IMG/VR virus record: IMGVR_UViG_2547132415_000021
Span: 1-12,209 of that record
Strand: one strand, 5' to 3'
Source of the DNA: a virus
Lineage: Duplodnaviria; Heunggongvirae; Uroviricota; Caudoviricetes
Length of the DNA: 12,209 bases
Shown here: positions 8,470-12,209 of the stretch, one piece after another
Position numbering within the stretch: the stretch's first letter is position 1
How the letters are laid out: each line of letters opens with the position of its first letter
Program-made: the position numbers and the translations under genes
The notes under the pieces: generated by a model
Databases searched by the model: none
The model's input: the letters and a program-made list of their open reading frames with translations, nothing else
Told to the model about the DNA's origin: nothing

Positions 8470-8505
8470 CGGTCAAAGGATATTTTTCTTTGACCGTTCT
8501 CTTTA
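8470..8505. other. Perfect 9-bp stem hairpin (cggtcaaag / ctttgaccg, 9-nt loop) just downstream of the SIR2-like gene stop; the U-rich tail is on the plus-strand side
   Basis: Seen in sequence at 8470-8496, followed on the plus strand by ttctctttat. On the minus strand (the gene strand) there is no U-tail, so it may stabilise the mRNA 3' end or block antisense read-in rather than act as the main terminator. Confidence 0.35.
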
Positions 8506-8516
8506 TAGAGAAAAGA

Positions 8517-9425
8517 TTATCTGTTAGTTTTATTCTGAATATCTTTGATTACATCGAGGTAATACTCTTTTTCCTTCCCTTTGAACACTAACCCGAAATT
8601 ATGATTAATTATAACCCCAACACTTTTCAAAAGATCGATTTTTGGTTTGGAAGCAGCGTCATTATAATAATAACCAGGGATGTAATATGTCACCTCATAT
8701 TGCAAGCTTATTTTCTTTGCAATTCTAGTCCTTTCTCTAAATGTAAGTAACCACCAAAGATCAATTTCAACAAAATCCAAATTCAAGCCTAAGATATATA
8801 CATCCTTAGTAAAAAAATCATCGATCCAGCTATTACCAATATCATTTGCTTGCAACCGCTTTGTAAGCGGCTCGTTGAACGATTTATTGGAATACTGACT
8901 TCCGGTAGTTGTATACCCCCGCATGCTTTGCAAATAACCACTGTAATGCTCATAGCCAAGAATTATTGAGCTTGGGTTATTCACTGCTCCATGTATATGC
9001 CATATGTTTTTGTTTTTCACCTGATAATGCCTGAAAATATTGTATTTACTTTCTTTTATTACACCTTCATTTTTTAAATCATCAGGCTTGATGCTGTCGT
9101 CTAAACAATATTCAAAAGCTAAATCATAGTTTGTTGTTAAAATATTATTGCATTCTAATCCAATTATTCTTTGATGGATTTCATTTGGCTTTATTGTGTT
9201 TATCTTTGATGCGATGGAATCTTTTATTTTATTTTCTGAAAATCCATTCACTTGCTTATTTGAAATATTAAAATAAATCTCTTCATAGGCTAGTGGAAAT
9301 GGTTTTTCATGCGTGTCAATTTTTATCCCATATGTTGCCCCTAGGTTATTTAAAACATCAAGCCAAGAATTTCCATTTGTAATATTATTTATGCCATTTC
9401 CAATAAGCAGTGAATAATCGCGCAT
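8517..9425 (-). CDS. Standalone SIR2-like (ThsA-type / SIR2_2-like) putative NAD+-hydrolase, 302 aa; candidate antiphage effector
   Basis: N-terminal Gly-rich motif LLIGNGINN (compare ThsA AGAGLS), TTNYD motif at residues 97-101 (ThsA has WTTNYD), and IWHIHGAVNNPSSIILGYEHY at 141-161 (compare ThsA YKMHGDVEHPSEAVLIKDDY). No SLOG or other sensor domain. SD aaggga lies 5 nt upstream of the ATG. Gene is strongly AT-rich compared with the flanking phage genes. Confidence 0.8.
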   Translation of the reverse strand: MRDYSLLIGNGINNITNGNSWLDVLNNLGATYGIKIDTHEKPFPLAYEEIYFNISNKQVNGFSENKIKDSIASKINTIKPNEIHQRIIGLECNNILTTNYDLAFEYCLDDSIKPDDLKNEGVIKESKYNIFRHYQVKNKNIWHIHGAVNNPSSIILGYEHYSGYLQSMRGYTTTGSQYSNKSFNEPLTKRLQANDIGNSWIDDFFTKDVYILGLNLDFVEIDLWWLLTFRERTRIAKKISLQYEVTYYIPGYYYNDAASKPKIDLLKSVGVIINHNFGLVFKGKEKEYYLDVIKDIQNKTNR

Positions 9426-9549
9426 TTCTATCCCTTATGTTAGATACATTTTTTACACTATACTACTGATATTTATTCTAATACCAGTCATTGGCATGTT
9501 CGACACCGATAAGTTTGATCTTGCCTAGCAACTTATGTTTTCGAATATG

Positions 9550-9557
9550 CCCCCCCC
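9550..9557. repeat. Homopolymeric C8 tract (G8 on the minus strand) in the spacer upstream of the SIR2-like gene
   Basis: Seen: atgccccccccatg at 9547-9560, about 125 bp upstream of the SIR2-like start codon, in otherwise AT-rich sequence. Confidence 0.9.
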
Positions 9558-9655
9558 ATGAAAGTCTTAGACAACTATACCTATTAATATCCTACAGAGT
9601 GCTCTTCGTAGTCAGAAAATGAGAACGAGATAACATCAGTTCATTGGTTTACTCC

Positions 9656-9892
9656 CTACGCAGTTTGTGAGTTAGCACCGTCCGCTTCTGGCACGTAGGG
9701 GACCAACCAGCTGGTCCTCAGGTCCGATATGAGCGAGAAGCTAAAATTCGCAGTTGTTCCCAAAGTCGATGGAGGAATTTTTAACATTACAGTGTATTTA
9801 TCAACGGGAAGCAGGTCACTCTCTATGGTTCTCGCATTATTTGTTAACAAAATAACATATTCTTTTGCTTCATCGATAGTATTGAATATCAT
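9656..9892 (-). CDS. Hypothetical small ORF (78 aa) in the spacer between the two cargo genes; uncertain whether real
   Basis: ATG at 9892 with a weak SD-like GGGAA 3 nt upstream. The N-terminal half (MIFNTIDEAKEYVILLTNNARTIESDLLPVDKYTVML) has cargo-like AT-rich codon usage; the C-terminal half runs through a GC-richer patch with inverted repeats and looks less protein-like. Confidence 0.2.
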   Translation of the reverse strand: MIFNTIDEAKEYVILLTNNARTIESDLLPVDKYTVMLKIPPSTLGTTANFSFSLISDLRTSWLVPYVPEADGANSQTA

Positions 9893-9980
9893 AAGTTCCC
9901 ACTTAACATCGATATCTGCGGTAACTGATTAACACAAAGAAATTCATCCAATAGCAGAGAATAACTTTGAGTTTTAGATT

Positions 9981-10823
9981 TTAAAAAACCTTCAGCCATA
10001 ATGTTTCGAGCCTTGTGCCAATCACGCCTTTTCCAATGTTATCCAGCCCTCGAACCATTGCGTATAAGCCACCTAATATTTGAATCCCTTCCTTTACACC
10101 TAAAGACGAATAGTCAAAAGTTGGAAAGAGGACGTAATAAGACATAATTACCCCAATACAACACTCGAAAACTCCATAGGAAAGACGGAAATTTTCTCTG
10201 TACCAAAATAGTATGAGTCCTAAAACGGGTAAACCCATCATTGTCCCCCAAACTGTAATGGTAGATACCAGTACTTCCATATTGGAATAGACGATGTTTG
10301 CGACTAGAGAAGCAAGCCCGCCGAGCACAAAACTGGCTTTTAGGTAACGCTTTTGAGATGAAACAGCTTTTTCTGCTTTCTCTTCTATTTCTTTATTTAG
10401 AAAATCGCCTTTGCTTTCATTTATAAACTCAATGCCAGTCATAGATGTAATATTCCGACTAGCAAGAAAATAAGACAAGGCACGATCATTGGTCACGACG
10501 CAAGGAACTTCTTCTCCTTGCCGTTCTGCGTAAGAAATAGCTATTCGAGCAATATCAAAGTCTGCCCCAGTCAAACGCTGAGCATTTCTATCGGATTGGA
10601 AGATGTCGTTTTTTATTTTTTCAGGCGCTTCAACTATGAGCACACCAGCGGGAATTGACGAGGCCACTAAATCAGTAATATCTGACCATTTGTTGCTTTT
10701 CCCTCTATATGAAAGCTCATGCATCACAGCTCTTGGGATAACTAGCTTCCGATTTCCAGCTCTAGACAATATCTCCGGATGCTGCAATAAAACATTAGTA
10801 TCTATTATGTATCTACTTGGCAT
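9981..10823 (-). CDS. PIN-domain nuclease fused to a C-terminal 3-4 helix transmembrane region, 280 aa; candidate antiphage effector
   Basis: N-terminus YIIDTNVLLQHPEIL resembles the PhoH2/YlaK-type PIN domain, with candidate acidic residues D8, E36, D89/D91 and D113 (VVTNDRAL). C-terminal hydrophobic segments ASFVLGGLASLVANIVYS, VLVSTITVWGTMMGLPVLGLILFWY and YGVFECCIGVIMSYYVLFPTF. SD aggga lies 6 nt upstream of the ATG. AT-rich. Confidence 0.8.
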   Translation of the reverse strand: MPSRYIIDTNVLLQHPEILSRAGNRKLVIPRAVMHELSYRGKSNKWSDITDLVASSIPAGVLIVEAPEKIKNDIFQSDRNAQRLTGADFDIARIAISYAERQGEEVPCVVTNDRALSYFLASRNITSMTGIEFINESKGDFLNKEIEEKAEKAVSSQKRYLKASFVLGGLASLVANIVYSNMEVLVSTITVWGTMMGLPVLGLILFWYRENFRLSYGVFECCIGVIMSYYVLFPTFDYSSLGVKEGIQILGGLYAMVRGLDNIGKGVIGTRLETLWLKVF

Positions 10824-10839
10824 AAGCTATCCCTGATAC

Positions 10840-10870
10840 CTTAATTTATCAAATAAAACGGTATGTAAAC
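10840..10870 (-). promoter_or_regulatory. Possible sigma70-like promoter for the PIN-TM gene (-35 TTTACA at 10864-10869, -10 TAAATT at 10843-10848 on the minus strand)
   Basis: Seen in sequence only. The spacer is 15 bp, which is suboptimal, so this is a weak candidate. Confidence 0.2.
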
Positions 10871-10970
10871 ATATAAAACATAACTTCACAACTCACTTAT
10901 CAATGCAAGTTTCCCAACCAGGCAAGCCATGTGCTTAGATATCTGACCTAACGTTTCTAAATTGATGAAT

Positions 10971-10994
10971 GTCCGCTATTGGCACGGAGCGGAC
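10971..10994. other. Hairpin gtccgct-N10-agcggac about 60 nt downstream of the G stop codon
   Basis: 7-bp perfect inverted repeat with a 10-nt loop. There is no clear U-tail on either strand, so its role (weak terminator or RNA processing site at the end of the H-G operon) is unclear. Confidence 0.3.
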
Positions 10995-11054
10995 TGTCAG
11001 ATTAGGCTTTACTCTGTGCCATAGATATGTAAGCTCCCACCAGAGCTCATACAC

Positions 11055-11582
11055 TTATTGCGGCATTTCCGGCCATTCAGGATTTGCAGTATCCACACGA
11101 CTGACAAGAACGCTGTAGCGTTCCCATGCCTCCAGTCGACTGCGCTCCTCATCTGTTGCCATATTCAGCCTGACAGCGCGCTCCAGCGGCAAAATCAGGG
11201 ATTCGGCTTCGGAAAGCAAAGTTGCCTTTTGTGATTCTGCCAGTTGCTGCTGTTCGTCTGCCGTATAAATCCGCTTAATCACTGCACCATCCTTAAACAT
11301 CCATTTACCTGAGTCATCAGCACGCCGGTTGGCAGTAATATCAGGAACCTCAACGACGCTAAAACCTTCAGGATTAAGCGTTGAAGCATCTCTGGTGATG
11401 GCGACAATAATATTATTTTCATCATAAACAATCTTTATTGTCTCTGGCTGAAAATTACTTACTTCCTCATACCAGTTTTTTCCGTCTTCGGACCATAACC
11501 AGATAACATCAAAATTCTTTGTTAGCTGATATTGCTCTTTTGTTTTTGGATTACCTGACTTAATGTTCTTTAAATGCTGCAT
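11055..11582 (-). CDS. G: Tail fibre assembly protein (P2 gpG-like), 175 aa
   Basis: 175-aa ORF immediately downstream of the tail fibre gene (H stop at 11586-11588, G start at 11582). Length and position match P2 G. Confidence 0.88.
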   Translation of the reverse strand: MQHLKNIKSGNPKTKEQYQLTKNFDVIWLWSEDGKNWYEEVSNFQPETIKIVYDENNIIVAITRDASTLNPEGFSVVEVPDITANRRADDSGKWMFKDGAVIKRIYTADEQQQLAESQKATLLSEAESLILPLERAVRLNMATDEERSRLEAWERYSVLVSRVDTANPEWPEMPQ

Positions 11583-11585
11583 AAC

Positions 11586-12209
11586 TTATACCTGCGCAAC
11601 GTTATACCATGTGCCATTGATGTATTTTTGTATTGGTCTGAATACTGCCGGATCATCGCCATCAACTTCACCGACAATACCAAGCCCCGTAATTGCATGG
11701 CCTGATTTTTCATACATCACGCCTTTCTGCATGGTCTGCACAACACGTGTGCCAAGTCTGATATCTCTCACATAGCGGGAATCAAAGTTACCGTAATCCG
11801 AGGGATTAACACGCCCCGTAATATTTATGGTCTTATTACTTTGAATGCTTCCGGAGACAAAGCGCATAACATGGACGTTATTAGCATAAACATCTAGATT
11901 ACCATCGCCATTTTGTTTAAATCCGGTGTCGCTATCACCAAGAACAATAGAGTTCCCACCCAACGCGTTATTCGTGCCAAGTGCCAGCCCGCCATCAATC
12001 CTGGCACCATTACCAACAGACACAACTCCTGTTCTTAAGTTGATACCGAATGGCCTTAATGGCCCGATATCCCCATTTTCACCCTCATTTTCTCGTGTAG
12101 GGATGATATACAGGTTTTCTTCAGAACGGCGAAAAATAGCACCAAAAGATGAATTAAATATCCTCAGTGCATTGACTGTAGATATTTTTACTTCACTGCT
12201 GAAAAGGGC
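11586..12209 (-). CDS. H: Tail fibre protein (P2 gpH-like), C-terminal portion only; the 5' end lies beyond the window
   Basis: The reading frame stays open on the minus strand from the window end (12209) to the stop at 11586-11588 (hand-translated), so the GTG 'start' at 12023 in the ORF track is internal. The Gly/Asn-rich repetitive C-terminus is typical of tail fibre tips. Confidence 0.85.
   Translation of the reverse strand, partial: ALFSSEVKISTVNALRIFNSSFGAIFRRSEENLYIIPTRENEGENGDIGPLRPFGINLRTGVVSVGNGARIDGGLALGTNNALGGNSIVLGDSDTGFKQNGDGNLDVYANNVHVMRFVSGSIQSNKTINITGRVNPSDYGNFDSRYVRDIRLGTRVVQTMQKGVMYEKSGHAITGLGIVGEVDGDDPAVFRPIQKYINGTWYNVAQV

Larger units (their letters stand above)
1507..12209. 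mobile_element. P2-like prophage, right (late/tail) arm; continues beyond the window end
   Basis: Contiguous minus-strand block H(partial)-G-[cargo]-FI-FII-E/E+E'-T-U-D-ogr in P2 gene order, with P2-like protein lengths and translationally coupled junctions (TAATG at U/D; the T start overlaps the E' stop). It ends at an att core within cyaR. Confidence 0.9.

Noticed and set aside
9729-9932. 67-aa plus-strand ORF in the cargo spacer
   Set aside because: It is antisense to the slightly better-supported 78-aa minus-strand ORF, has only a weak SD-like AGG, and sits on the opposite strand from every other gene in the island. It is not excluded, but there is no positive evidence.
10603-10836. 77-aa plus-strand ORF overlapping the 5' part of the PIN-TM gene
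   Set aside because: It is antisense to a gene with clear domain architecture and a good RBS, so it is probably spurious.
8238-11054. Possibility that the cargo is simply the P2 Z/fun gene
   Set aside because: Z/fun as I know it is a single gene, whereas here there are two genes with SIR2 and PIN-TM architectures in an AT-rich block. I cannot align against Z/fun from memory, so this rests on domain content only.
11563-11775. 70-aa plus-strand ORF overlapping the G/H junction
   Set aside because: It is antisense to the tail fibre and assembly genes, so it is probably spurious.
1-12209. CRISPR arrays, tRNA or rRNA genes, or IS elements
   Set aside because: No regularly spaced direct repeats, no tRNA-like cloverleaf candidates, and no terminal inverted repeats with a transposase ORF were seen. 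The only RNA gene recognised is cyaR.

Overview
This window covers a chromosomal junction (yegQ and the sRNA gene cyaR, plus strand) followed by the right-hand late/tail arm of a P2-like prophage on the minus strand, integrated at the 3' end of cyaR. Reading from high to low coordinates the prophage carries the 3' part of tail fibre gene H, G, a cargo island, then FI, FII, E and E+E' (programmed -1 frameshift), T, U, D and ogr, with a 27-bp P2-type att core forming the last 27 nt of cyaR. All tail genes look intact and match the P2 protein lengths I recall (FI 396, FII 172, E 91, E+E' 142, T 815, U 159, D 387, Ogr 72 aa). The standout is a visibly AT-rich insertion of about 2.8 kb between G and FI, the position where P2 carries Z/fun. 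It encodes a standalone SIR2-like (ThsA-type) protein of 302 aa and a PIN-nuclease-plus-transmembrane protein of 280 aa, separated by an unexplained spacer of about 555 bp. I do not recognise this gene pair as a named defence system and treat it as a candidate undescribed antiphage module. Everything here comes from reading the sequence and recalling protein families; no database search or computation was run, and composition statements are by-eye estimates.
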